A stretch of DNA of 64,000 bases from an uncultured virus (IMG/VR IMGVR_UViG_3300026408_000032) (IMGVR_UViG_3300026408_000032), one strand, 5' to 3'; shown: positions 17,976-28,040, counted from the stretch's first letter. Program-made: numbers and translations. The notes: generated from the sequence alone by a model not told the origin.

Positions 17976-19435
17976 CAGCCTTGCACGCTCCTGGCGTCAA
18001 TTGTGAGCTGCATCAGACCCTTCGGCTCCGACGTTTTTGAAACCCCGGTAATGGCATCGACGTAAAGCGCGTCGAATTTCATCGGATTCGGGTAGGAATG
18101 AACGGCGGGCGTCGTGACGATCATCGACACGTCGTCCGTTCCTTCTCTGAGTGCCTTAGTAACGGTCAATTCCAGAACCTTGCCGCCCTGCTTCGACATG
18201 CCGAGCCGGTTGAACTTGATCCGCTGTGCCGGGTTGGACGAATCCGAGATCGTCTTTGTCCGCGTCGCGTTCCACGTCTCGCCGTTGTCGTTGGAATGAC
18301 GGAGTTGGATCGTGCAAGCCTCAGATGCGTTGTAAAGATCGCCGCGCGATTCATAGAGCGCCCCGGCGTTGTAATCGCCAAGGATGACCTTGCCGGCGAA
18401 AGCCGTTGATGTGATGGCCCGCCAGCGATCAAGCCCCGAGCTTTTGCGTTCGTGCCAGAAACCTGTCGTCGTGTCATAGGCGCGCGTGAACGTCGATCCG
18501 GTGACGATCAGGAACACATGGCCGTTCTCGGTGTGCGGGAACAGCCGGATCGTATCGGGGTCGGTTTCGTTCTTGATTACGCGCTCGACTTCGGCGGTGG
18601 AAATCTTCGCGGCGCCATAGCCGTCAAGCAGCATGACCCCGAGAAAGGCCCCCTCGGAGTTGGTCCCGAGAAAGGCCAGCGTATCGGTCATGCCGCCGTC
18701 CTTGACGGTGACAAGGCTGCACACGCAGGATTTGAGCCACGCGCCGATATTGATCGAAGCGGCACGCTGGACCGGAAAATCCGCATCGACCGCAACCGAC
18801 CAAAATTCGACAGACTTTGGTCCGAATAAAACAAGATCCTGCCCGCGCGTGGCACATGCCGATCCGCCGTCCGGGTTGGCTTCCGCCGCGGCGAAGTTCA
18901 GATCGTCAATCCCCGTCCCGTCATCCAAATCGGTGACATAAAATTCGCCGTTGGCGGTAAAGAGCACGAAGTAGCCAATGAAGACGCATAGGGCGACGAC
19001 CGCTGCGGAATCGACCGGCATGACGATTTCCGTCAGCGTATCGTCAGATGTGTCGAGGATGTAGTAATGCCCGTCCGACGTGACGATGCCGATTTGCGCA
19101 TCCGGCGCCTTGCGGTTGCGGGCCATCGTAACGACGCCGCCTGTCGAGATCGTTCCCGAAACCAGCGTTGAGGTTCCGGCGTTTGTTACCTTCCAGATTT
19201 TATCGCCAGCCGCGACGTAGAGGCGGGTTTCGTCAAAATCCATCGCCGCGCGCACGGCGCTACCGCCGGAAAGCGTGGAAAAACTCGTGTAGCCGTTGGC
19301 GGCATAGATCGGAAACCGCACCTTGCCTTCGTTGCCGGCATCTTCGGCGTAGCAATTGATGAGACGCGCCACGCCCGCAGCGGGAACGCGACCGGGGTTC
19401 GATTGAACCCCGAGGGAAACCGGCGTCTTGGTCAT
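17975..19435 (-). CDS. Tail hub / DNA stabilization protein (P22 gp10-like)
   Basis: RLIN.Y.E, AE.NPD, YD..T..WHER and S.D.G.TW..RLG motifs. Confidence 0.85.
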   Translation of the reverse strand: MTKTPVSLGVQSNPGRVPAAGVARLINCYAEDAGNEGKVRFPIYAANGYTSFSTLSGGSAVRAAMDFDETRLYVAAGDKIWKVTNAGTSTLVSGTISTGGVVTMARNRKAPDAQIGIVTSDGHYYILDTSDDTLTEIVMPVDSAAVVALCVFIGYFVLFTANGEFYVTDLDDGTGIDDLNFAAAEANPDGGSACATRGQDLVLFGPKSVEFWSVAVDADFPVQRAASINIGAWLKSCVCSLVTVKDGGMTDTLAFLGTNSEGAFLGVMLLDGYGAAKISTAEVERVIKNETDPDTIRLFPHTENGHVFLIVTGSTFTRAYDTTTGFWHERKSSGLDRWRAITSTAFAGKVILGDYNAGALYESRGDLYNASEACTIQLRHSNDNGETWNATRTKTISDSSNPAQRIKFNRLGMSKQGGKVLELTVTKALREGTDDVSMIVTTPAVHSYPNPMKFDALYVDAITGVSKTSEPKGLMQLTIDARSVQG

Positions 19436-19442
19436 TGCCTGA

Positions 19443-19646
19443 TTACCTCAATGCCTCGAACGCGGCCTGCAGTTCGTCATGGTCGCAATCAGCGTGGATG
19501 CGAACATGCTTGGTCGCGCCATAAGGCCCGGCATAGAGATCGTAAGTTTTGGAGCTGTCCCGCTTCAGAAACGGAATGACTTTGGGCAGCACGAGGCCCG
19601 CCGCTTCCATCGCGGCTCGAATTTTTTCTTTGCTCATGGCAATCAC
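19443..19646 (-). CDS. Small hypothetical protein
   Basis: Coupled ORF within the late operon. Confidence 0.45.
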   Translation of the reverse strand: MIAMSKEKIRAAMEAAGLVLPKVIPFLKRDSSKTYDLYAGPYGATKHVRIHADCDHDELQAAFEALR

Positions 19647-19885
19647 TCCGCGTAGTTCGCAACGCGATGCGACAGACGGGTTATACCGCCAAGCAACAGG
19701 GTCGGGTTTTCGCCGGGAATAGCAACGCTTTGAATACTGCGACCTTTGTCATAACCGACAATGGCAATGCCAACGATCTCCCCGGCCTTGGCCGCTTCGA
19801 GAAATTCTTCGAGATATTCAACCACGCTCAGATTGGCGTGCGTATCGGCAAGACGCGGAACGAGGGAAAGCTGGGTTTCTGCCAT
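19643..19885 (-). CDS. Small hypothetical protein
   Basis: GAGGG SD; within the late operon. Confidence 0.6.
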   Translation of the reverse strand: MAETQLSLVPRLADTHANLSVVEYLEEFLEAAKAGEIVGIAIVGYDKGRSIQSVAIPGENPTLLLGGITRLSHRVANYAE

Positions 19886-19893
19886 GTGGCCCC

Positions 19894-20247
19894 TCAGAAG
19901 TATTGCGCGCGGTTCGGATTGCCTGTTGCCGGACGGCTGACGTGACGGCGCAGGCGCTTGAGAATGATGGTTTCCCGCGCATCCTTTGTTTCAGGCGGTG
20001 TCGGCTCGCCAAAGGCCCCCGAGCACTCGTTGATAACGAGGTCACGGATGGTCAGAAAAATAGCCTCAGGAATTTCGTCCTGCTTCCAGTAGACGAGTTC
20101 CAATCCCGGCGCTTGCAACTCGGCATATTTCTGGTCGTAAACGTCAATGACGAAATCGGAGTCAACGCTGTCCGGGCTTTCCGTCGCGTCGATGACCGCC
20201 ATCTGCCGCAGAACGGCTTCCGCGAGATCGGTTAGATCGTAAGCCAT
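19894..20247 (-). CDS. Head-tail adaptor (P22 gp4-like)
   Basis: DL...VL..M.V..ATE.P N-terminus, YF C-terminus; upstream of the gp10-like gene. Confidence 0.7.
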   Translation of the reverse strand: MAYDLTDLAEAVLRQMAVIDATESPDSVDSDFVIDVYDQKYAELQAPGLELVYWKQDEIPEAIFLTIRDLVINECSGAFGEPTPPETKDARETIILKRLRRHVSRPATGNPNRAQYF

Positions 20248-20250
20248 TGG

Positions 20251-20583
20251 CTAGCACCCATAGAGACGCGGCACGTCGTCGAAGAACGCGGAATGCTGGA
20301 CGAGGAAATCGCCCTCAAGGGCGGACGTGGTGCCGTCGCCCGTTGATACCCAGCGAAAGCGGTAGCGGCCTGATTTCTCAGGGATCACGTAGTCGCAATA
20401 ATAATCTCCGGTATCGGTATAGCCGATCTCGGCATCGGTGCCGTAGATGTAGCTGACGACGACGCCATCCGGGTGCATGACCGACAGCGTTACGCCATCC
20501 GGGTCAACATCGGTCCCGGCGGTCGAATAGTTGACCGCCAGCCGGATCACATCTCCGATGTAATGCTTGCCTGGCGCCAGCAT
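20251..20583 (-). CDS. Small Ig-like virion protein
   Basis: DP..VTL..PDG..G.Y..SG.Y..RW pattern. Confidence 0.6.
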   Translation of the reverse strand: MLAPGKHYIGDVIRLAVNYSTAGTDVDPDGVTLSVMHPDGVVVSYIYGTDAEIGYTDTGDYYCDYVIPEKSGRYRFRWVSTGDGTTSALEGDFLVQHSAFFDDVPRLYGC

Positions 20584-20586
20584 GGA

Positions 20587-21315
20587 TCAGTCTCCACTTA
20601 CCGCACGAGCGCGAAACGGTCCGGTTGCCTGTCCACGGGCGCGGAACGGACCGCTCGACAGGGCCGTTGCCGCCATTGGCGTAACGCCATAGCCGGTCGG
20701 GCGCGCATGACGCTTGAACCGCTTGAGATTGGTGCCGCTTCCCGCGTCTCCGGTGATCTCGAACACGCCAGCTTCTGGCTTCAGGATATGAACCCAATCG
20801 AAGGCTGCCGATTGGCCAGCGAGTGTGAATGTACCTTTGTTGGCGTGCAGAGGATATTGGCGCAGCGTCTCAGCGGTCTCTCCGGTAACGACGAATACCC
20901 CGTACGCTGCCTTGAGAACGTGGCCTTGTTCGAGATTGGCAGGCTTGCCGGTGTAGATGAATGACCCGGCGGCGGCAGGAAAGATATAAGTTCGGATCTT
21001 CTGCGCGGCTTGGCCGGTGAGACTGAACGATCCGGCCCCGGCTTTGACCGCGTAGTTCCGATGGAACGAGGCGTCCTGCCCGGTGAGGCTGAATGTGCCG
21101 CGCGCCGCCGTAACAAGATGACCGTAATAGAGACCGACATTCTTGCCAGTAAGCGCAAAGAGTCCGGATTCCGCGACGAGATCGGGATGCGTCCTGGTGA
21201 TTTCAGCATCAAACCCGATGATACCGAACGCCCCGACTTGCGCCTCAAGCGCATAGGTTTGCGCGGTATCATAACGCCCTAAAGCCGTGGCGCCGAGCGG
21301 TGCAAATCCTAGCAC
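20587..21315 (-). CDS. Virion protein with about 25-aa repeats
   Basis: Repeated A..G.F.LTG..A. Confidence 0.65.
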   Translation of the reverse strand: MLGFAPLGATALGRYDTAQTYALEAQVGAFGIIGFDAEITRTHPDLVAESGLFALTGKNVGLYYGHLVTAARGTFSLTGQDASFHRNYAVKAGAGSFSLTGQAAQKIRTYIFPAAAGSFIYTGKPANLEQGHVLKAAYGVFVVTGETAETLRQYPLHANKGTFTLAGQSAAFDWVHILKPEAGVFEITGDAGSGTNLKRFKRHARPTGYGVTPMAATALSSGPFRARGQATGPFRARAVSGD

Positions 21316-21343
21316 TTTGCTATATCCCTAGCGGTTCGCTGGC

Positions 21344-21592
21344 TCAGTTCGGATTTCCGGTCTTGCCACCAAGGGCCTTCACCAAAAGCCCCAGTTCCTT
21401 TTTCTTTTCAAACAGCGGTTCTTCGATGGCCTTGAACTTGGTTGCGAGTTCCTTGCACTTGGCTTCCATCGTCTGCGCTACGCGATCGTATTCCTGGCGC
21501 AGCGGTGCCGATTTCGTTTCGATATCCTTGATCTCGGCACGAAGCTGGTGAAAGCGGGCGCGCATGGCGTCCGGCGTGAACATGGCGGTCAT
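21344..21592 (-). CDS. Small coiled-coil protein
   Basis: AGGGG SD before ATG 21592. Confidence 0.6.
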   Translation of the reverse strand: MTAMFTPDAMRARFHQLRAEIKDIETKSAPLRQEYDRVAQTMEAKCKELATKFKAIEEPLFEKKKELGLLVKALGGKTGNPN

Positions 21593-21678
21593 GCGATTTC
21601 CCCTGTAAATACGGGCTTTTTCGAGATTTTTGGCGTGCTTTGTGATATGATTTCCGCTCAAATTTCAGGAGCGGAATC

Positions 21679-22470
21679 GTGACGAAACTCTTCGATATGA
21701 CGGACATGAAATTCGAGCGTCTAACAGTTCTTTCGCGCGCGGAAACCTCTAAGGCCGGTCAAACGCGATGGAACTGCCGTTGTGACTGCGGCAGTGAACT
21801 CGTTGTGCAAGCCGCTGCTTTGAAGTGTGGGCACACACGGTCTTGCGGCTGTCTCAAGATCGAGCAAACCATCGCGATGAGCACCAAACACGGTCATGCG
21901 ACAAAGGGAATTTCACGAACCTACAGAACATGGGCCGCAATGATCTCTCGCTGTTCAGACCAAAACGCTAATGGCTTCAGGCATTATGGCGGAAGAGGCA
22001 TTTCGGTTTGCCAGGAATGGCGAGAGTTTAGCAACTTCGTTCGCGACATGGGCGAGAAGCCGCATGGAATGTCACTCGACCGCATCGATGTGAACGGGAA
22101 CTATGAGCCGGGCAATTGCAGATGGGCGACACTCAATCAGCAGGCTCGCAACCGCCGAGACAGCCGGTGTCTGACATACCGCGGCGAAACAAAGAGCGTG
22201 CACGACTGGGCTGAAGAGAACGGTCTTCCTGTAAGAGCCCTTGTCCATCGTCTAAATGCGGGATGGAGCACGGAAGACGCGCTTTCAAAACCATCTGACG
22301 GGGCAGCGAACAAGCCGAACCTGCGCTTTATTGAACACAACGGCGAGTGTCTTTCTATTTCCGAATGGTCACGACGCTCTGGAGTTAAGCTGACAACGCT
22401 TTTTTACCGATTGAACGCAGGATGGCCGATGGAGCGCATCCTGTCAGAAGGTGTGTCAAGCCGCCTGTAG
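21679..22470 (+). CDS. Free-standing HNH-type homing endonuclease
   Basis: WNCRCDCG, YGGRGI.VC..W, SLDRIDVNGNYEPGNCRWA; duplicated C-terminal DNA-binding module. Confidence 0.88.
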   Translation: MTKLFDMTDMKFERLTVLSRAETSKAGQTRWNCRCDCGSELVVQAAALKCGHTRSCGCLKIEQTIAMSTKHGHATKGISRTYRTWAAMISRCSDQNANGFRHYGGRGISVCQEWREFSNFVRDMGEKPHGMSLDRIDVNGNYEPGNCRWATLNQQARNRRDSRCLTYRGETKSVHDWAEENGLPVRALVHRLNAGWSTEDALSKPSDGAANKPNLRFIEHNGECLSISEWSRRSGVKLTTLFYRLNAGWPMERILSEGVSSRL

Positions 22471-22875
22471 AACCCCTGTGTCGCTTGGAAAATCCACGGT
22501 GAACGATTCGCCGTCAGCCAGCGATATGCTAGACCCGTAGTCCCAATATCCGATCAGCACATCGGACGTGCTGGTGTCGTCATAGAGCACGGCATAACGA
22601 AACGGCCCGATGCTTCCACCGGATGCAGTGAACACCACATCGGCAACCACGAGCTTGTAGGTTCCTGACGTTTGCGCCGACGACGAGATCGTTGCTGCCG
22701 TGCCGCCTGACGTGTAGCCGTTCCCCGACGAAATCTCCGTCAAGTCGGCTTTGAGGCCGTTGCTTGATGTCGGGGCCGTGTTCGTCAGCATCACCTTCAG
22801 CGTATCGGAGCCGAGGTTGACGGCCTTTTCGAAGGCATATTCAACGAAAGGATTGAACTTCGCGAACGCCGCCAT
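22456..22875 (-). CDS. Phage structural protein
   Basis: LKVML..EIS.GNGY.SGG..FRYAVLY..LIGY.D.G pattern. Confidence 0.75.
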   Translation of the reverse strand: MAAFAKFNPFVEYAFEKAVNLGSDTLKVMLTNTAPTSSNGLKADLTEISSGNGYTSGGTAATISSSAQTSGTYKLVVADVVFTASGGSIGPFRYAVLYDDTSTSDVLIGYWDYGSSISLADGESFTVDFPSDTGVLQAA

Positions 22876-22878
22876 ATG

Positions 22879-23181
22879 TTAACCCTCCGCTTTTGCCCGG
22901 CGGGGCTTTGCACGCGCAATGGTGCTGACAGCAGCAGCCGAGACATTCTCAGCCGACGCATCGGTGCCGATGCTGCCGTTTGAGGTTGGCTTCACCTCCG
23001 CTTCCGCTTCGTAGCCATCGAGGACGAAATGATTGTTGCCGGCGAGTTTCTTCACCTGTGCCGGTGTCAGTGTTTCCGGCAATTCAACCGGGACATTGAG
23101 AGGGAATAGAACATCGAACATCCTGATCGACGTTGCTGCGTCCTTCTCATCTGCCGGATTGCCGATGAAGGTGGCTTCCAT
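22879..23181 (-). CDS. Hypothetical head-region protein
   Basis: GAGGAG SD; KL..N.HF motif. Confidence 0.65.
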   Translation of the reverse strand: MEATFIGNPADEKDAATSIRMFDVLFPLNVPVELPETLTPAQVKKLAGNNHFVLDGYEAEAEVKPTSNGSIGTDASAENVSAAAVSTIARAKPRRAKAEG

Positions 23182-23260
23182 TGATTGGGCTCCTCGCCAA
23201 AAAAGAAGACGGGCGCAGCCTTGAGAGCCACGCCCATCCTTCCCTCTGTGCTTGTGATGA

Positions 23261-23773
23261 TCAGATCATGATGTAGTGAGCGACGACGTAGACCGTGCCG
23301 GTGCCGCCAGCATTGGCCGCAGCGGTGATCTTGGCTTGCACCTGAGTTTCCTCGGTGAAGAACTTCGGTCCCGTCTTCAACTGGAAGGGGCGGAAGTTCT
23401 GGCCGGCAGGGGTAAGGTCGGTGATCGCATCACCAGAGAGGACGCCGGAGTCCACGAATCCGGCAGAGACAGCCTGATAGCCGTCATTGGTCCAACTCGT
23501 GCCGTCGTTGGTGCGCACACCGTCCGTCTGGGCGCCGCCGTTAGCGGTCCAGCCGACATCGATTTCCAGCGTCTCGGTGCCGGAGTCGATGTCGTCGGTC
23601 ATCAAATATCCGCCGACGACGAGTGCGTTCTTCGGCAGCTTGAACAGGTTTGCGAGGTCGTTGGCGCTCGGTGCTGCACCGTAGGTATACTTGCCATAGG
23701 CGACCTTGAGGTTGCCGTGGAACCCCCCAGTCGGGGGCTGCAAGGCATTCTGATTTGCTGTGACTGTTGCCAT
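23261..23773 (-). CDS. Capsid decoration/cement-like protein
   Basis: Directly after the capsid gene; KLP.NA.V..G beta-sandwich pattern. Confidence 0.65.
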   Translation of the reverse strand: MATVTANQNALQPPTGGFHGNLKVAYGKYTYGAAPSANDLANLFKLPKNALVVGGYLMTDDIDSGTETLEIDVGWTANGGAQTDGVRTNDGTSWTNDGYQAVSAGFVDSGVLSGDAITDLTPAGQNFRPFQLKTGPKFFTEETQVQAKITAAANAGGTGTVYVVAHYIMI

Positions 23774-23802
23774 AGCGATGAGGTCCTTCGATGAATGGAA
23801 AA

Positions 23803-23836
23803 GAGAAAAGGAAAAGGCGGGATTGCTCCCGCCCTC
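23803..23836 (-). terminator. Intrinsic terminator after the major capsid gene
   Basis: GGCGGGA/TCCCGCC stem followed by a U-rich tract on the minus strand. Confidence 0.6.
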
Positions 23837-23839
23837 TCA

Positions 23840-24934
23840 TCACGAGTCGAGCGCGGCGCTGAAATATCCTGTAACGAGGCCGTTCTGTTTCGAGTTCGCC
23901 GTATCGGTCGAACCCGAACCAAAGCGCAGCTTCTCGATCTTCGACCATTGCTTGATGGCGAGACCGTTCTTGCGCTCATAGTCGATGTCGTTGCGGGCGA
24001 CCGTCGTCGGACGCATGGCCCAGGCTTCTCCGAGGCACTGAGCGCCGCAGAAGAACACCGGAGCCACGATGGCACTGCCATTGCCAACGGCGCCGAGCGT
24101 CGGGATGTCTTCGATCTCGTAGATGAAGACGTTATCCCAGAGATAGTCGGCGCTATCGAACAACGGGTTCGAGTTGCCACGTTCCCGAGCTTCGCGGTTG
24201 GCCTGAACGAACGTCGAGTCATTCGCCAGATCGCGCATCGCATAGCTGTTTGCGAACAGGACATAAGCGTCCGAGTCCGAAACGGCGCTGCGGGGCACGA
24301 ACGGCGTGATCTTCGGCGTTGCCTGCTTTGCCATGCGCTTCATCAGCGAAATGGCACCCGGCGTCAGCTTGTCGTCTGTCGCGTCGATGTTGCCCAACGC
24401 CGCAGAGTGATCGTTGCTGGCGTTGTTACTCTTGGTCTTGCCGAACAACACCCGGTCAGAGTTGTTCGCCAGCCAGGCATCCTTCGCGGCTTCCGAGGCA
24501 TCAGCATAAGCAACGCCATCGATCGACATCAGGGCCGCGATGATCTGATCCCGCTCAAGTCGGCGGTTCCAGCTCATCAAGGCGTCTTTGTGTGCCGAAC
24601 GAAGATCGATCGCGGTCTTCTGCGCTTCGAAGTTCGACCACTTCACGGCATGGCTGAATTCGGCCACCGTGACCTTGTGCGAACGAAGCATCAGGTCTTC
24701 TTCCTGACCTTCCAGATCCTCGGTCGCGCCCTTTGCGGAGCCCGTGAGGTTGTTGATCAACTGGAAGGTGATCGAGTCACCAGGCTTCTTGGTCAGGTCT
24801 TCACGGACCTGGATCATCGAAGACGATCCGGTGCCCATGAACTTCTTGAACCAGTTCTTATTGTAGTATTCCTGGAAGTACTGATCGTCCCACTGCTGGA
24901 CGGTCATACCTGAGGGAACAGCTGTCTCGGCCAT
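23840..24934 (-). CDS. Major capsid protein (N4-gp56/DUF4043-type)
   Basis: DL.K.PGD.ITF.L, LEG.EE.L, NPLF, CGAQ, DY...G motifs. Confidence 0.9.
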   Translation of the reverse strand: MAETAVPSGMTVQQWDDQYFQEYYNKNWFKKFMGTGSSSMIQVREDLTKKPGDSITFQLINNLTGSAKGATEDLEGQEEDLMLRSHKVTVAEFSHAVKWSNFEAQKTAIDLRSAHKDALMSWNRRLERDQIIAALMSIDGVAYADASEAAKDAWLANNSDRVLFGKTKSNNASNDHSAALGNIDATDDKLTPGAISLMKRMAKQATPKITPFVPRSAVSDSDAYVLFANSYAMRDLANDSTFVQANREARERGNSNPLFDSADYLWDNVFIYEIEDIPTLGAVGNGSAIVAPVFFCGAQCLGEAWAMRPTTVARNDIDYERKNGLAIKQWSKIEKLRFGSGSTDTANSKQNGLVTGYFSAALDS

Positions 24935-24946
24935 GATGGCCCTCCA

Positions 24947-25810
24947 TTATTTTAAGATTGCATCCAGAGGCGTCGGCCCTTCGAACTTGGCCGTGGCTTT
25001 TCGCGGCGCACTCGAAGTGACTCCCGCCAACGACGGCGGTGGGGGCGGCGGTTGTGGCGTTGGAGGTGCCGATGCGGCGGGTGCCGGGCTCGGCTGAGCA
25101 GAGGGAGGCGGCGCAGATTTCTCGGCTTCGATCTTGGCTTTGATGTCGGCCTCGATCTTGGCTCTGAAGGCTGCGGGATCGTCCCCGATCTCGCGCAAGG
25201 CCATCAGTCTCTTGCCCTGCTCATAGGCAAACTGCGCCGGAAAGGCGGAGTCCCTAAGCTGCTTGGCGAGATACGGATTGGACTTGCACTCGTCGCGGAA
25301 GATCTTTTCAACGTCGTCATAATCGTCGTGCTTCGAGCGCATGACGCCCTGGCTGACGGTGACGAGCGTTGCGAAGGTCCGTTTCTCCGTTTCGGCCTGA
25401 ATGTGTCGGGCATAGCCCTCAGGATCGAGCCAGGGATCGGGAACCTCTGCCGGCTTGGCGGCCGGTGTCGGCTGTTGAGATTGCGGTTGCCCGCGTCCCT
25501 CAACGTCTTCCAACCTCTTTTTGAGTTCAGCGAATTCCTTGTCGCGTTCGCTGAGCTTCTGCTCTGTCTCTTGGCGCTTTTTCCGTTCGCCTATCAGGGC
25601 CTTCAATCGGCCTTCGGCATCGGCGGGTTCATCCTCATGAGATGGCGGCGTCCCATCCTTTACGCCCGTCCCTTCCGGTTCTGGTGCAGCTTGCGGGGCC
25701 GGGGCGCTTGGCTCTGGCTCGTGCGCTGGTTCTGCGGATGGGGAAGCTTGCTCCGCCCTTAGGTTTTGGACGGCGCCTTCGAGAAGACTCTCCAATGTCG
25801 TTGCTGTCAT
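24947..25810 (-). CDS. Scaffolding protein
   Basis: Between portal and capsid; ER.KRQ coiled coil, PDP..DPEGY, Pro-rich tail; AGGA SD before ATG 25810. Confidence 0.8.
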   Translation of the reverse strand: MTATTLESLLEGAVQNLRAEQASPSAEPAHEPEPSAPAPQAAPEPEGTGVKDGTPPSHEDEPADAEGRLKALIGERKKRQETEQKLSERDKEFAELKKRLEDVEGRGQPQSQQPTPAAKPAEVPDPWLDPEGYARHIQAETEKRTFATLVTVSQGVMRSKHDDYDDVEKIFRDECKSNPYLAKQLRDSAFPAQFAYEQGKRLMALREIGDDPAAFRAKIEADIKAKIEAEKSAPPPSAQPSPAPAASAPPTPQPPPPPPSLAGVTSSAPRKATAKFEGPTPLDAILK

Positions 25811-25880
25811 GAGTGGTCCTTCAAAACGCCTGTGTCGCTGGCGTGTGCGAGACGCCCGTTCCCCGGCGGCGGGACGCACC

Positions 25881-25912
25881 AAAACAAAAAGCCCGCCGGG
25901 TTAGGGCGGGCT
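25881..25912 (-). terminator. Terminator-like hairpin between portal and scaffold
   Basis: AGCCCGCC/GGCGGGCT plus TTTTGTTTT on the minus strand. Confidence 0.6.
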
Positions 25913-25936
25913 CTGAAACGCGGAATGATATGTTAG

Positions 25937-28033
25937 TTAGAACCCCGAGGCTTGCTGCGGCGGCGGATAAACCTGCCGGATGTTCGGCTGCTGCTGTGGG
26001 GCCTGTTGCGGTTGCACCGGCTGAGCCTGTGGCTGCGGCTGGCTTTGCGGAATGGACTGCGGCGGAAGCAACGTCGGCGTTTGAATGACGGTCGATGCTG
26101 CGGTCTGATCCGCCTTCGCATAGTTCAATGCCGCTTGCGCTTTGAGATTGTCGATCTCGGCGTTCGTCTTTTCGAGATCCTTGAGAACCTTTTCGAGCTG
26201 CGCCTGTGTGGCGGCCTGCTTCGCAGGATCGGGCTTCTGATCGCCCATCTTCTTGAGGATGCCCGCCTTGTTGTGCAGGCCGGACATCTCGATCCACTGT
26301 TCCGGCGTGAACTGGACCGCGCCTGTTTTGGCGAGATCAACCATCATACTGAACTGTTCCTGCTGGATATTTGCAGTGTCAGGAACGTCGTCAAGGATGA
26401 TGTCCATGCTCATATCAGCCGGGACATGCTCGGTGCGGACGGGTTGCCCAAGCTGCTGAGCGAACATCGGGTCCTGCTGCGCCCGAAGCCTCATTTGCTG
26501 CTGCGCTTGTTCCGGGTCGATGCCCTTGTCCGTGGCTTGGCTCAACAGGTCTTCCGCCAACGTCACAGGACGGTTGAGACCGACGAAACGCAGGTTGTTC
26601 TCGTCGTCCGTGACCCTGATCCACGTCTCGGCCGTCCAATACTGGCGGATCATGGCCCAGATCAGCTTATAAACACGGTGTTTGAAGTGCCGCTGGCGGT
26701 CCATCAGGATCGCGAGTTCGATCTGCCCGCCCTGTTGCGAGGCGAGAACGGCACGGCCGGAAGCGGATTGGTCCTGCTTGCCTGCGAGTGCCGCGTTCGG
26801 CCCCATCAGGTCGATTTCCGACTTCGCTTCGTTGGCAAGTTCGACGTTGCCAGCAAGCTGCGCCGTCGTATCAATCACCCCGAACGCATCCGGGACATTG
26901 CCCAGGTTGTTGATTTCGACATGGCCGTCGGCTTTGGATAGCTCGGCCTTCATATGATCGACGTCATCGATCGCGCCTTTGACGCTCCGGGTCTGCCGGT
27001 TCATCAACAGGTGCAAGGCTTTCGATCGGCGCTTGTTGATCTCGTCCTGAGGTCCGATCAACTGCCGGACAAAGCCATAGCGGTTGTTTTCGCGGTCAAC
27101 GAACCCCGACTGCAGGATCAACGGGCAAAGAGAAACCCCGTCATCATCCCGATAGGGGACTGCGCCTTCCTGAATCACGCCGCCCTTGGTGAAAATCGAC
27201 CAGTGCCAGTCCTTCTGGGCGCCAAAGCTGTAGTACATCTGCACAATGCGAACGCGCTTGCGCTTTCCACCTGAGGCCCATGCTTTCCATGCAGGGCGGT
27301 CGGAATAGGTCTTATAGGCGTCCTCGGAGATCGTGTGCGCGATGATCTCCTGCGCATCGGGGTACATTGCCAAGGCTTCGTCTTCGTCCATCCAGACGAC
27401 GAGGCCCTTGTAGCGTGCATCCTCAAAATCATGTTCGCGGGAATGGGGATCGTAGAACGTGCGGTCCCAGTGCGCCTGGCCGACGCTGATATCCCACTTG
27501 TTCGGGTCTTTTGAGTTGCGCTCGACCTTGGGCTCAACGCCGCCGTAGCCCTCGACCAGCATGTTGTCCCAGACCTGGGAGAACCGTTGCGTGATGTCGG
27601 CCTTGTCACCGACGAAGCGGAGAGCATCCGAGCAGGCATCAGCGGCGGCTTCATCGTTGGGCGTGCGGGGAAAGCCTCGCGGCTGCGTTCTCTGTGTCGC
27701 CTCATACCCCATCAAGTATTGGTGCTTGGACTTGATGCGGTTGATGATGATGGCTGGCTGGCCGCGCTTCTCCAGGGCTTTGAGTTCGGCGGCGGTGAAC
27801 TGCTTGTTGTCGACGTAATCCCGGTCCCGTTCCGATAGGGAACGGCTATCGATCGTCGCTTCCTCGGAGTCTTCAAACCACTGGACGAGCGTGGAGTGCG
27901 CAATCGGGGCCTGGTAGGCTGGTTCTTCCGGCTCGATGGTCTGACCGCCAGCGTAATCTCCCGCTGCCATCTGGGCAAGCGTACCCGGCTGCTGCCCCTG
28001 TGCGGGCAGCATCGCATTCGGATCAATGGCCAT
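25937..28033 (-). CDS. Portal protein (P22-type)
   Basis: RGQP..INRI, YG.VR.L.GPQ.E.NKR.S, SG.A...Q..G motifs; follows terL. Confidence 0.92.
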   Translation of the reverse strand: MAIDPNAMLPAQGQQPGTLAQMAAGDYAGGQTIEPEEPAYQAPIAHSTLVQWFEDSEEATIDSRSLSERDRDYVDNKQFTAAELKALEKRGQPAIIINRIKSKHQYLMGYEATQRTQPRGFPRTPNDEAAADACSDALRFVGDKADITQRFSQVWDNMLVEGYGGVEPKVERNSKDPNKWDISVGQAHWDRTFYDPHSREHDFEDARYKGLVVWMDEDEALAMYPDAQEIIAHTISEDAYKTYSDRPAWKAWASGGKRKRVRIVQMYYSFGAQKDWHWSIFTKGGVIQEGAVPYRDDDGVSLCPLILQSGFVDRENNRYGFVRQLIGPQDEINKRRSKALHLLMNRQTRSVKGAIDDVDHMKAELSKADGHVEINNLGNVPDAFGVIDTTAQLAGNVELANEAKSEIDLMGPNAALAGKQDQSASGRAVLASQQGGQIELAILMDRQRHFKHRVYKLIWAMIRQYWTAETWIRVTDDENNLRFVGLNRPVTLAEDLLSQATDKGIDPEQAQQQMRLRAQQDPMFAQQLGQPVRTEHVPADMSMDIILDDVPDTANIQQEQFSMMVDLAKTGAVQFTPEQWIEMSGLHNKAGILKKMGDQKPDPAKQAATQAQLEKVLKDLEKTNAEIDNLKAQAALNYAKADQTAASTVIQTPTLLPPQSIPQSQPQPQAQPVQPQQAPQQQPNIRQVYPPPQQASGF

Positions 28034-28040
28034 TGAGGGG

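Noticed and set aside
21600..22470. Group I intron carrying the HNH gene
   Set aside because: The HNH is antisense, flanking genes look intact, and there is no room for an intron core.
23795..26941. Long plus-strand ORFs (372, 236 and 329 aa)
   Set aside because: Antisense shadows of capsid, scaffold and portal genes, expected in GC-rich DNA.
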